Source: the human T2T-CHM13v2.0 reference genome, Homo sapiens. Taken from it: a stretch of 64,000 nt of DNA. Shown one piece after another: positions 12,241 to 23,640 of the stretch. The translations under genes and the position numbers were made by a program. A model generated the notes under the pieces. It saw nothing but the letters and a program-made list of their open reading frames with translations, did not search any database and was not told the DNA's origin. Within the stretch, counting starts at the first letter, position 1. Each line of letters begins with the position of its first letter. The stretch is taken from the NCBI RefSeq assembly GCF_009914755.1, contig NC_060932.1. One strand, 5' to 3'.

Positions 12241-12723
12241 CACCTCTGTTGGACCCCACCAGCAGCTCTGTTCACCCACAGCACAGGGAGGGCAGTTCAC
12301 GACCCACCCCCGAGGCTTGCCTACCGTGGGAATGAGCTGTTGAGCCTCAGAGTTACTGATCGAAAGGCCGTCTTCTCATAGCTGTTACAGTGATTAAGGA
12401 GGTTAGGCATGGGAAGGCCTTCATGATGTCTCTGATACACAGAATTAATCAATGCTGCTGCTGTGATTTCAACGAAGGCTGCAGAACAGACCTGTGATGC
12501 TCCGAGGCCTGGGGGTGATGAGGGAGGCTGCAGGTGAGCTGTGCCCTGCCTCTGACGCATGCTGGGTCAGCGCTCATGCAAGTGGTGAATATTGATGAAG
12601 TGCCTGTGGTATACCAAGGGTCGTGCTTCTCTGGTGGGGGAAAGGGTCCAGGAGTGACAAGGACACAGATGCTCATCAGACCTGAGTTACGAGCCACCCT
12701 GGGGGTCATGGGTGTGCTCTGGT

Positions 12724-12770
12724 AAGGGGAGACAAGAGTTCTGTAAAGGGGAGACAAGAGTTCTGTAAAG
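12724..12770. repeat. 22-bp tandem duplication
   Basis: 'aaggggagacaagagttctgta' x2. Confidence 0.9.
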
Positions 12771-13219
12771 AGGGAGCAAAGTGTGAAAAACAAAGGGAAA
12801 GATGAGGCATAGAAGGCCAGTGCATGAGAGCCTGCACATCTGAGAACTGCCCGCATGGCTGACAGGTGGGGCTCAGGGTGGGCAGGGAGGGAAGTGGAGG
12901 GGCCCAGGGGCTGTTTGTCACCCTCCAGTGCCTGGAGAGCCCTCAGCCAGTGCTCACCTACCTCCCGGGGTGCCTGCCGGGACCCTGGCAGTGCTGTGCC
13001 CAAGCTGCCCATGGAGGATGGATTGACACAGTCAGGAAGATTGGAAGCCTAAGGAAGCTGCTGCATTTATGATCAGCACAGATGGAGGACAGCAGAGACA
13101 TCCACAGACGCTGAGGACAAGGAATCTGTGTGTGACGAAGAGGGAGGCACGGGGGAGGAGAGGGAAGAGGACATCCAGAAGGGGCCCAGGCACTCACAAC
13201 CAGGGGATCAGGGGGATGC

Positions 13220-13790
13220 TAAAGGAGGAGCAATTTGGGTGGATGATGACAGTGTGTGAGGTGCTCACCATGGGATGGGCTCCATCTGTGGTGCATTGAG
13301 ATTTCCGGGGAGCCCTGACCATTCAAGTCTGAGAACCAGCAGCCTACGTGGAGGCAGCTGACAGGATCTGGAGGCATGACAGCCTCGGAGGGCCAGCAGG
13401 GGAGGAGGAGCACCCAGAGAAGCACATCAGAGAAGGGGCCAGAGACCACACCAGAGAACTGAGCCAGCCCCAGCAGCTCCTGAGGCACAAGGGCCCTGAA
13501 GAGCAGGGCTACCAAGAGGTGGAAATGGGGCTGAACAGAGTCCACCACGTCACTGAGACGTCCCCCAGGGCCTGGCCTGAGGAGTTTCGGTGGAGTTGTG
13601 CAGGTGAAAGCAAGATGACAGTGAGTTCAGGGGTAAGAGGTTGGTGACATAACCCTGCAAAGGAGGACCGTGTGTTTAAGAAGCTTCACTGTGAAGGCGA
13701 GAAGGGGAGGCTCAGAAGGCAAGGCAAAGCTGAGACGAAGCTTTTTTTTTTTTTTTTAGATGGGAGAGATTTGGGCTTGTTCAATGTAGA
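13220..13790 (-). mobile_element. Highly diverged L2 fragment
   Basis: Purine-rich sequence with L2-like motifs 'gtggaggcagctgacaggatctggagg', 'aagaagcttcactgtgaagg' and 'ttttagatgggagagatttgggcttgttc'. Confidence 0.5.
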
Positions 13791-14559
13791 TATCAAAAAT
13801 ATCAAGGAAATCAAGAGATTTTAGATATAGCAGAAAAGAAGCAGGTTCCTCGTTTGAGGCTGAGTCAATAAGACATAAAATGACAATGTAATGCTCATGT
13901 AAAAGAAATGCAGTAACCTTTATTTGCAGTAAAAGGGTAGCTTTGGTAACTAGTTCGAATACACACATAACTTAAAGTCTTCTTAAGAGCTTCTATGGTC
14001 AGGTAAGTTCAGAGGAATTCTCAGCACAATAAAAACAAATCAGATGGGAACCAGCAAGACAAGCAAGGCGGGCAGGCAGCTTTGCCTTGATGGCGTTTTC
14101 CACCAGGGTGGCCCCATGCTCCAGTTCCCAAGGTCTCTGGAAACAAAGAATAATGCCCAGGTCTACCCAAGAGCACAAAGTTCCGGAAGGAGAGGGTAGG
14201 AGCTTACCCCCAACAAATTGTCCCCTCCACAGGGCTGCACACTCAATGCCCATGTGAATCAGATGCTAACCCAGGCCATCTCCCTGGTGTATTATAAGGA
14301 AAATCAACTGACTCAGACCTTGGCATAAGAAGGAAATGACTTGAACACAAACCATCCCTTAAGTGGGTTTAGGCCTGAATTCACACTACCTGGGTGGTCT
14401 CCAAAAACCTCAATGCCATAACTTACTTTAAAGAACTGATAGGGTCTCCAAGATCTGGACAGAGCAAATTCAAACCCTCTCTGGAGGAACTCATTTTCAC
14501 CATGCATCAAATAAAAAAAATAATGAGGATAGAAAAATAGAAGTTGATGGAAATGAATG

Positions 14560-14940
14560 ACTGCTAGGGAAAGCTTGTGGCATACAATGAAAGCAACACT
14601 TAGGAAAGAAGCTATGGCCTCAGATATCCACATGAAGATAAAAGAGAGCTGAAAAGTAATGACTTCAGCACCCATCATTAGAAATTAGAAAAAAACACCT
14701 AGCAAAATAAACCCAACCTAGAATAATAGAATGATGACATTAATAATAAAGATAAGATAAATTAATGGAATGGGAAAGACATAGATAATAGAGAGGGTCA
14801 GCAAGGTCAAAAAATGGTCTTTTGAAAAATATTAATAAAAATGACAAATCTTTGGTGAGGCTGATCCCAAAAAGAGATAAGGCAGAAATAAACAAGAACG
14901 ATAATGAAGAGGGGACGGAGCCACAGCTGCTGAATGTCCT
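14560..14940 (+). mobile_element. Old L1M ORF2 fragment (post-endonuclease region)
   Basis: 'aaaaaatggtcttttgaaaaatattaataaaaatgacaaatctttggtgaggctgatc' is the decayed 'WFFEKINKID' region. Confidence 0.8.
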
Positions 14941-14969
14941 GAGAAGATGAGGAGAGGCTTTCACGTTCA

Positions 14970-16440
14970 GCCACGACACGGTAACAAAGCTGTCTCCTTT
15001 GCAAAAACAACCAAATGTGGACAGCATCTGTGAAACCATGGTTTCCAAGATATTGGGCATCAGAGGAGAGACAGTCATCTCTGGGAGATGGGAAGAAGCA
15101 TGCTGTCAGATTTTTCCCGATTATTTTCTGGAGTTTTCAGGCTGTAGCACAGGGAATAGGGACCCAGGCAGAACCAAGAAGACTGAGTTGAGGGTTGGAG
15201 AGGAAAGGTCAGGGAGCCCAGGTGGCTGGACTTCAGAGCACAGAGTTCCAGAAGGAAAGAGACGCACAGAGAAAGAGGCCAGTGGTCTGCAGGGGGTCCC
15301 AGTTGAGTGTTCAGTGGTCTGTGCATGTGTGAGAGGAATACGCCCAAGTCTGGGGAAAGAAGGACCAGAAAGACTAATAGTGCCAAACGCAAACACAGAA
15401 TTGGGAATGGTGCCTGTTCCCACCAGCCAGACTGGAAAACTTCCCAACTCATGATGCATTGGGCAATGTACACAGTCTGGTCTTGTCTTGGAGGTGGGGA
15501 AGAAGTCGTTATAGATTAAAGCTGTTCTGCCTCTGCCTAAAACAAAAATCTTAAAAGGAAGACATGAAACTGTTTCCAGGTAACCTGAGTCCAGAATAAG
15601 CCTCAAGAATTTATAGAAATACAAACATATGGATCACCCAAAAAGGTAAAAATCACAGTGTAGGGAATTTGACCAAAAATTATGATATACAAGGAAGAAG
15701 AAAAGTATGACCAATAAGGAGGAGAAAAATCAATCCTTTGGTTGGCCCAGAACTTTCAGAGATGTTATAATTAGCATGCGTAGACACTGAAACAGCTGTA
15801 ACTGTAACTGTAAACATATCCAATATGTTCCCAAAGCTAAAGAAAGTATTGAATACGTCCAGTAGAGATATGGAAGATAGGAAAAGCATTCATGTCACAC
15901 TTCTAGAGGTGAAAAATATAGTGTTTTAGCTGAAAAATACACTGTATGAGATGAAGAAGAGAGAGGACATGGCAGAGACAGAGGTTCATGAACTGGAAGA
16001 CAAGGCAAAAGAAACCATGCAAGCAAAACGGAGATTTGTTGCAAAAAGACTAACAAATTTAACAGAGTATCAGTGAGCTGTGTGACAATGTCCACCAGCC
16101 TAATATCTGTGTCACTGAAGTCTCCAAAGGAGATGAATAGAGACTGAAAAAAAATCTGAAAAAATAATGGCTAGAAATTTTATGAGTTTGATGAAAACTA
16201 TAAAATTCACAGATCCAAGAAACTTAATAAACTTTGACAATGACATGGATGAAGAAAACAATACCAAGTGTCACTATAATCATTTTGGTCAAAACCAGTG
16301 AGAAAGAGAAAATTTTACGAGTAATGAGAGAAAAGGATGTGTCACATACAGAAGAACAGAGATAAGCATGACAGCCGACTTTTTGGAAACAATGCAAGCA
16401 AGAAGGCAGTGGAGCAATATTTTTAAAGGGCTTTTTTCCT
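14970..16440 (+). mobile_element. Old L1M 5' region/ORF1 remnant
   Basis: 'aaaaataatggctagaaattttatgagtttgatgaaaactata..cagatccaagaa' and 'gaaacaatgcaagcaagaaggcagtggagcaatatttttaaag' are ORF1 motifs. Confidence 0.75.
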
Positions 16441-16854
16441 TTAAAGGAAAAAAAAGTCAGCTTCTTTTTCCCTCTTTAGGTGAAGACAGGAAGGGTCTTG
16501 GGGGCTGGAGTTGGGTAATTTATCTTCTCTCAAGTCTGCCAAGGGTCTGGTAAGTGTTTTCTCTTCTTGGGTAGCTCTTTGTTGTGGGGAACATTCTGGA
16601 TTATTTCAAAATGGCTACTTTTTCCCTTCCCTTGGCCAAACAGGGAAGGATTTTTCTCCAGTATTCACTGTCAGAACCTGGGAGTTGTGGGGGAAATCCT
16701 GGAGGTGAAACCCACAAAAGGATAGTGATCTCCCTTTAGAGTGGACGCCCAGGATTTCTTAGTGCTCAAGCTAGTCCATACTAAGCCCTCAGAAATTTTG
16801 AAGCTGAGAACTAAAAGCAGAGGTCACATCCCAGAGGCACAGGGCCACTAAAAA

Positions 16855-19166
16855 CTATCATACAGATTCCAGGCCATCACAGTCAAGATCCCAGGAGGCT
16901 GGCTTTTGTAGAAATCGAGAAGCACATTCTAAAATCTGTATAAAAATCCAAAAGACCTAGAATAGCCAACGCAATTGGAACAAAACGAGAAAACTGAAAC
17001 GACCTGCTTTCCACACTTACGCAGTGTGGGATTGCCATAGAGATAGATAAGTAGGTCAGTGGACCAGAATAGAGAGCCCAGAAAGAAGCCCAACTGTGCT
17101 GGGAAGAATTCTCAGTCTCTCTTCTCCCTCCAAGGTTTCCCATGCTAATCTCCAGGACCGTGACTATGAGGAGCTATCAAGCTTCTGAATATTTCAATCT
17201 CAAGGCAAAGGGTAATTAAGATGCAGTTAAGGTTACTACTCACCGGGCCTTCAAATAGGAACATTACTGTGGATCGTCTGGGTGGGACTAACCTAATCAC
17301 ACGAGCGCTTAAAAGCAGAAGAGGAGCCTTGAGATTTGAAGCAGGAGGCAGAGTGAACCCCCTGCCACAGGCTTGGAAGCAGGAGGGTCCACTGTGAGGG
17401 CTGGGTGGTCTCTAGGAGCAGGGACTGGCCAGTGGCTGACAGTCAGCAAGGACATGGAAACCTCAGTTTTAAAGCGCAAGAGACCTATTTCTAACAAAAA
17501 TCTGAATGAGTTTAGTAGCAGATTCTGTCCGAGATCCCTCAGACAAGAGCTCGACCTGGCTGACACCTGGATTTCAGCCTGATGAGACCCTATATTAAGC
17601 AGAGAACCTATTTAAGCCCACCTGGAACCAAAAGAGAATCCACGGACATTGTTCTAAGCCACTAGGTTTGGCATATGACAGTAAAAAACTACTATAACTA
17701 CACATACAGGGACAACTGACTTTTAAGAAACGTGCAAAAACAGTTTTGGAGAAAGGATAGTCTTTTCAGCAAATGGTGCTGAAAGTGTTGGTTATCCATA
17801 TGCACAAAAATGAACTTAGATCCATACCAATACCATATATAAAGTCAACTCAACATGGATCACAGACCTACATGAAAATTCAACATTTGTTCATGATCAA
17901 AATCCATAGCAAGCTAGAAAAGAGTTGAGCAAAACAAAACCTACAGCAAATATCATATTCAGTTGTTAAATGTAGAAAGTGTTCCTTTTCAGATCAAGAG
18001 AAAGAAAGAAAATAATGCATGCTCTTGCTTCTGTTCAACATTGTACTGGAGGTTGGAGCCTGGATGGTAGACAAGAGGGAGATGAAAGGAGGAAGGATGA
18101 GAAAAGGACGGGAAATCAACCATGCCTGTGTACATGCAAAATCCAAAGGAATCTACAGATGCATTATTAGAATCCACAGCATTTCTTAACATGATTGCTA
18201 GATACACACCCAAATATCACAATCGACTGTATTTCTACTTACCAGCTATACAACAAAAGCCATGCAAAAACTCTGTGGATAAAGCATAGAGAAATTTTCA
18301 CAGTTTTAGTGAACATTCTATCAACTCTGTACAAAATTATATAGTTTCATTGGGAATCATTAAATAAAATGTAAGTGAATAAATAACATTCTATTTTCAG
18401 AGGTTGGAAGGATCAGTATGGAAAATGTCAATTCCTCAAAATTCATTTATAAATTCAATGCAATAATACAAAACCTCATAATTTTTGATACAAAATCTGC
18501 CAAACTCTAAAATAAGTATGAGAATGCAAAGGGCCCTAAATCATCAATACTCTCAAAAATTAGTGACATAGGCAGACTTGTCCTTCCAGGTAGCAAGACT
18601 TTTATACAAGCACGTAACACAGAACAATTGTTATTGCGTAGGGATAGACATCTGTGTCAGCAAAACGGAACGGAGTCCGGAAACAAGCCCATAAATGGAT
18701 GGGCATTACCACAGACCAAAGTTATCATTCAAGATCAGAGGGCAACAATTGGGCTTTTCAAAAAATCATGCTGGGAACATTGAGTCTCAGTGCAGAAAAC
18801 AAATGAAATTGTGTTCCTACCTCATGCGACACGTAAAAAATTATTCTACATGGATTTAAGATTTGGGAAATGCAAAGCCACAGTGCTATTGCAAAATGTT
18901 GTAGCAGAAGAATTTTTAAAGCCTTTGGATAGAGAAAGATTTTTTAATAAGACACACAAAGTAGAAACCCAGAGGAAAAGATTTACTAATTTGTTTACGT
19001 AGAATTAAAGAGCTTTTATTCATCAAAAGAAATCTTTAAAAGTATAAGAAGCCACCCACTAGGAGAAGAGGTTTGTATCATGTCTAACCAACAAAGCAAT
19101 GATTCCAAACACAAGAACTCCTCTCAGCAGGAAAAAAAGGGCAAAAGACTTTAAGAGACACCTCAC
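16855..19166 (+). mobile_element. Mosaic of old L1M ORF2 fragments, interrupted by MLT1
   Basis: 'aaaagacctagaatagccaa', 'gatagtcttttcagcaaatggtgctg', 'ttcaacattgtactggagg'; segments are not in consensus order, implying at least two elements. Confidence 0.8.
17095..17696 (+). mobile_element. MaLR LTR (MLT1E-like)
   Basis: 'gggtgggactaacctaatcacacgagcgcttaaaagcag', 'ctgacagtcagcaaggacatggaaacctcag', 'gctgacacctggatttcagcctgatgagaccct', 'ctaagccactaggtttg'. Confidence 0.8.
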
Positions 19167-19793
19167 CATATATGTTGGTGGGACTGTAAACTAGTTCAAC
19201 CATTGTGGAAGTCAGTGTGGCAATTCCCCAGGGATCTAGAACTGGAAATACCATTTGACCCAGCCATCCCATTACTGGGTATATACCCAAAGGAGTATAA
19301 ATCATGCTGCCGTAAAGACACATGCACTCGTATGTTTATTGCAGCACTATTCACAATAGCAAAGACTTGGAACCAACCCAAATGTCCAACAATGATAGAC
19401 TGGATTAAGAAAATGTAGCACATATACACCATGGAATACTATGCAGACATAAAAAATGATGAGTTCATGTCCTTTGTAGGGACATGGATGAAGCTGGAAA
19501 CCATCATTCTCAGCAAACTATCGCAAGGACAAAAAATCAAACACTGCATGTTCTCACTCATAGGTGGGAATTGAACAATGAGAACACTTGGACACAGGGT
19601 GGGGAACATCACACACCGGGGCCTGTTGTGGGGTTGGGGGAGGGGGGAGGGATAGCATTAGGAGATATACCTAATGTTAAATGAGGAGTTAATGGGTGCA
19701 GCACACCAACATGGCACATGTATACATATGTAACAAACCTGCATGTTGTGCACATGTACCCTAAAACTTAAAGTATAATAAAAAAAAAAAAAA
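19167..19793 (+). mobile_element. 5'-truncated L1PA4-like insertion (ORF2 C-terminus, 3'UTR, poly(A))
   Basis: ORF 19203-19418 (..PFDPAIPLLGIYPKEYKSCC..CTRMFIAALFTIAKTWNQPKCP..) is the L1 ORF2p C-terminus; 3'UTR 'cctaatgttaaatgaggagttaatggg'; TSD 'gagacacctcac' at 19155-19166 and 19798-19809. Confidence 0.93.
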
Positions 19794-20146
19794 GAGGGAG
19801 ACACCTCACTAAAAACTCCCAACTGTCTCATAGACATGAAAACACGCCCAGCGTGGCTAGTAATCAGGGAAAGGAAAATGAAAGTCATGCTCAGATGCCG
19901 CCACACGTCCTCTGCATGGGCAACATTAGGGGAGTTAGACGATCCCAAATGATGACAGGGAGGAGGAGTCACGGAAACTTCCCGGCACTTTTCAACACAG
20001 CCGTTAGAAAAATAACCCGGCATTCCTGAGAAATCAGAACACGCCCACATTGGAGGGCTTGGCAATTTCTCTTCTAGGTGACTAACCTCAGCACACGGGA
20101 CGCATGTGCCAGGAGACCCAGCGCAGCATTGTTGATAAGCATCCCA

Positions 20147-20421
20147 TGTTCTCACTTGTAAGTGGGAGCTGCACGATGGGAACTCATAGATACAGGGAGG
20201 GGAACAACACACACTGGGGCCTGTCGGGGAGTGGGGTGGGGGGAGGGAGAGCATTAAATAAAAATAGCTAATACCTACGTATAAAACTGGGCTTTATACC
20301 TAGGTGATGGGTTGATAGGTGCAGCAAACCACCGTGGCACACATTTACCTATGTAACAAACCTGCACAGCCTGCACATGTACCCAGGAAGTTTAAAAAAA
20401 AAAAAAGAAATAATTAAAAAA
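20147..20421 (+). mobile_element. Short L1PA (about PA10-13 type) 3'UTR insertion
   Basis: 'tgttctcacttgtaagtgggagct...tacctaggtgatgggttgataggtgcagcaaaccacc..tttacctatgtaacaaacctgcac' plus A-tail; TSD 'ataagcatccca'. Confidence 0.88.
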
Positions 20422-20433
20422 ATAAGCATCCCA

Positions 20434-20871
20434 GCCGGGCGTGGGGGCTCAAACGCCTGTAATCCCAGCACTTTGGGAGGCCAAGGTGGGCGGATCACGA
20501 GGTCAGGAGATCGAGACCATCCTGGCTAACACGGTGAAACCCCGTCTCTACTAAAAATACAACAAAATTGGCCGGGCGCGGTGACTCGCGCCTGTAATCC
20601 CAGCACTTTGGGAGGCCGAGGCGGGTGGATCAGGAGGTCAGGAGATTGAGACCATCCTGGCTAACACGGTGAAACCCCGTCTCTACTAAAAATACAAAAA
20701 ATTAGCCGGGCCTGGCAGCATGCGCCTGTAGTCCCAGCTGCTGGGGAGGCTGAGGCCCGGGAAGCGGAGCTTGCAGTGAGCCGAGATTGCGCCACTGCAC
20801 TCCAGCCTGGGTGATGGAGCGAGACTCGGTCTCAAAAAAAAAATAAATAAAAAATAAAAACGAAAATAAAA
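20434..20871 (+). mobile_element. AluY-like trimer (left-left-right arms)
   Basis: Two left arms (20434, 20570), each with 'gagaccatcctggctaacacggtgaaacccc'; right arm has 'gcggagcttgcagtgagccgag' and a ~17-bp deletion. Confidence 0.93.
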
Positions 20872-21598
20872 ATAAGCATCCCAAATCCGAAAACCCCAAA
20901 TATCCAGCAAAATAAAGCAAATACGTGCACCATGGTAAATCCACACCAGGGGCACATTCCCACAGAGGGGCTGCGGCCGCACACGCCCTGTGCCTCAACC
21001 CGAGACCATAATGGAGGGTAAGAAAAGCAAGGCCCGGAAGGGCACATGCAGCCTGCTTCCGTGTGCACAGACTTCAAATGCAGCAAGCTTAAGCAACATA
21101 TGGTTTAAGGATGTAAGCATAAAGACACAGCAAAGGAAAATGATTGCCGAAACCTCTGGGAAAGAGGAGGGGGATGGGGTGAGGGGAGGGACGCAGGGAG
21201 CCTGGGCACTGACAGTGTTCTCTTTTCTAACCTCCCTGATGAGTCTATGGATCCTCGTTTTGTTATGATTACTTAAATTCATGTGTGTGTTTCATACACG
21301 CTCTGTGTATGAGATGTATTATGTAATGGTTGTCTTAATTAATAAACAGCTTTCACTGGAAGATTCTAGAAGAAAAGACTTTTGGACAGGGATTGTCACT
21401 AAAACTGGAAGAATATACTAAAAAACATGCATTCTTGGTTGGATGCAAAATGAATGCTGCAGCATTCTGAAAATCAGGGGCAGAAAACCACAAGAAGGAA
21501 ATGAGTGAGATAAAAAGACAATAAACGTTGCCAACAGGAGACAAGCAAAGGTTGCAGGAGAACCAAAAATGCAATCACAGCTTAAAACCTCTGCAGGG

Positions 21599-21893
21599 GG
21601 CTGGGCACGGGGTCTCATGCCTGTCATCCCAGCACTTTGGGAGGTCCAGGCTGGTGGATCACGAGGTCAGGAGTTTGAGACCAGCCTAACCAACATGGTG
21701 AAACCCCATCTCTAATAAAAATACTAAAATTAGCCAGACATCATGTCGGGCACCTGTAATCCTGGCTACTTAGGAGGCTGAGGAAGGAGAATAGCTTGAA
21801 CCTGGGAGGCAGAGGGTTCAGTGAGCTGAGATTGCACCACTGCACTCCAGCCTGGGTGACAGAGCAAGACTCCGTCTCAAAAAAAAAAAAAAA
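21599..21893 (+). mobile_element. AluS (Sg-like)
   Basis: 'gatcacgaggtcaggagtttgagaccagcc'; poly(A); degenerate TSD aaaacctctgcaggg/aaaacctgtccaggg. Confidence 0.95.
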
Positions 21894-23329
21894 CCTGTCC
21901 AGGGACAGTGAAGAAAGGATGTGCCAGGGTGGAAGAGCACGCCAGTGACAACCCTGAGATGCTGCGTCACAATTTAAAAGAAAATTATAAATACCTGAAT
22001 CTTAGGTCAAAAAGGGCTTTGCTAAGGAAGGCAGAGAATAGAAATCCAAACTTTGAAAGTGTAGAAATGTTTCTAAGGAGAAAATCAGATAACTCGGAGC
22101 AGGAGCAATTATCAAAATCATAATTGAGTAAAACCTTACTGGGTAGAAAAAGAACAGAGCAGGAAGGTCACAAGGACATTTCTTTTCCCAAACAGAATCA
22201 GAGAAACCGCCATAGGCCTGGCAGCTATTTTTCTATTTATTTTATCTGAAGAATGAATTATGTCATCTTTTAGCATTCTGTCTGAAAAAAAATCATACTA
22301 CAAAGGAACAAAAATCACACCGGCTTCCAATTTCTCATCTGCAATAAAATTGTAAGAAGACGCTGGCACCAGGCGTGCAGCTATCTGAGGGAAATCTATT
22401 TTTTGGTTCAAGAAAGGTTTCCAAGGGAGATGAATGAAGGGTAATAACCCACAGACAAGTTAGAGTAGACGTTTGAGGCAGAAAGAACATGCTGGACATC
22501 TCCAAAGCACGAGCTGGCCTGGAGATGGTCAGTGTGGGGGGAGGCTGAAGCTGCAGGTGTGTCCCTGATTTCCCAGGAACCGAGGGTGGAGATGAGAAGC
22601 AGGCAGGGGCAGCATCGGGAGCGCAGGGCGAGGAGGCTCAGGGAGGAGCAAGAGACAGCAGTCGCTGAACCCAGAGGAAGACAGTGTCCAGAAGTCACAC
22701 CACACATTTAAGACTCACAGGAGCAGCTGGTGTCAGTGGCTGGCGAGAGGGGAACAGGCAGGACTGTGGCCGTGATGGGCATCAGAAAAAACGGGCAGCA
22801 ACTTGGGTCTGGGATGAGACCTGGGGAGACCTGCAGGACCCCAAGCCCTTCCCCTGTCACGGCCATGTGAGTGATGTGTGGAGGGGCATCTGTGGGAAAA
22901 GGCACGTTCTTGTTACCCTAAGACATTGGCCTGAAGGCCCTGGTGAGCTGGGCAGGATGCCTGGGTCTTGAGGAGGGCCCAGGGTCCAGGGCTGCAGGTG
23001 TGAGGATGTGGGCGGCACACCCCTGCTGCATCTGGGGCCAGCTTTGGCAATGGGCTGTGAAGGGTTTTCCACTGAGGCCCTGTGTGACTTCAATCTCCTT
23101 CTCAGGACAGAGGTCAGCTGCAGGCACAGGGACAAGTCCATGGGGCCACCTCTTCCCACAACCACCAGTCCTAATCCCATCAGCCTCCCCTAAGTCCCAC
23201 CAGACCTCCATCACTTCCATGACTCACACTGCCTCCTGTGGTTCCTCCTAGCCTCCCCAAAATCCCACCAGACCATGGTTTCTTCCAACCTGCCATGGCT
23301 TCAACCACACTCCCAGGGCTCCCAGCAGA

Positions 23330-23640
23330 CTCGTAGGGTTCTCACCAGCTTCCAGTGATTCCCATCAGCCGTCTCCCAGGATCCCCACCAGCCTCCCAGG
23401 ATTCACACCAGCCTCCCAGGACTCCTGTCAGCCTCCCAGGATAAGCATCAGCTTCCCAAGATTCCCACTAGACTTATATGGTTCCTGCCAACCTCCCATG
23501 GTCCCACCAGCCTCCCAGGACTCCCACCACCCTCCATGGTCCCACCAGCCTCCCAGGACTCCCACCATCCCCCCATGGTCCCACCAGCCTCCCAAGCTCC
23601 CCCCATGGTCCCACCAGCCTCCCAAGCTCCCACCAGACTC
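23330..23640. repeat. Irregular C-rich minisatellite ('tcccaccagcctcccaggac' core, 19-39-bp units)
   Basis: Direct read; degenerate copies extend back to about 23180. Confidence 0.9.

Larger units (their letters stand above)
19810..21345 (+). mobile_element. Old L1M 3' region hosting younger L1PA and Alu insertions
   Basis: Removing the inserts restores 'gcagcattgttgataagcatcccaaatccgaaaaccccaaatatcca'; L1ME-like terminus near 21210-21330. Confidence 0.65.

Noticed and set aside
19203-19418. ORF with true L1 ORF2p homology as a gene
   Set aside because: Only the C-terminal remnant of a 5'-truncated L1PA4.
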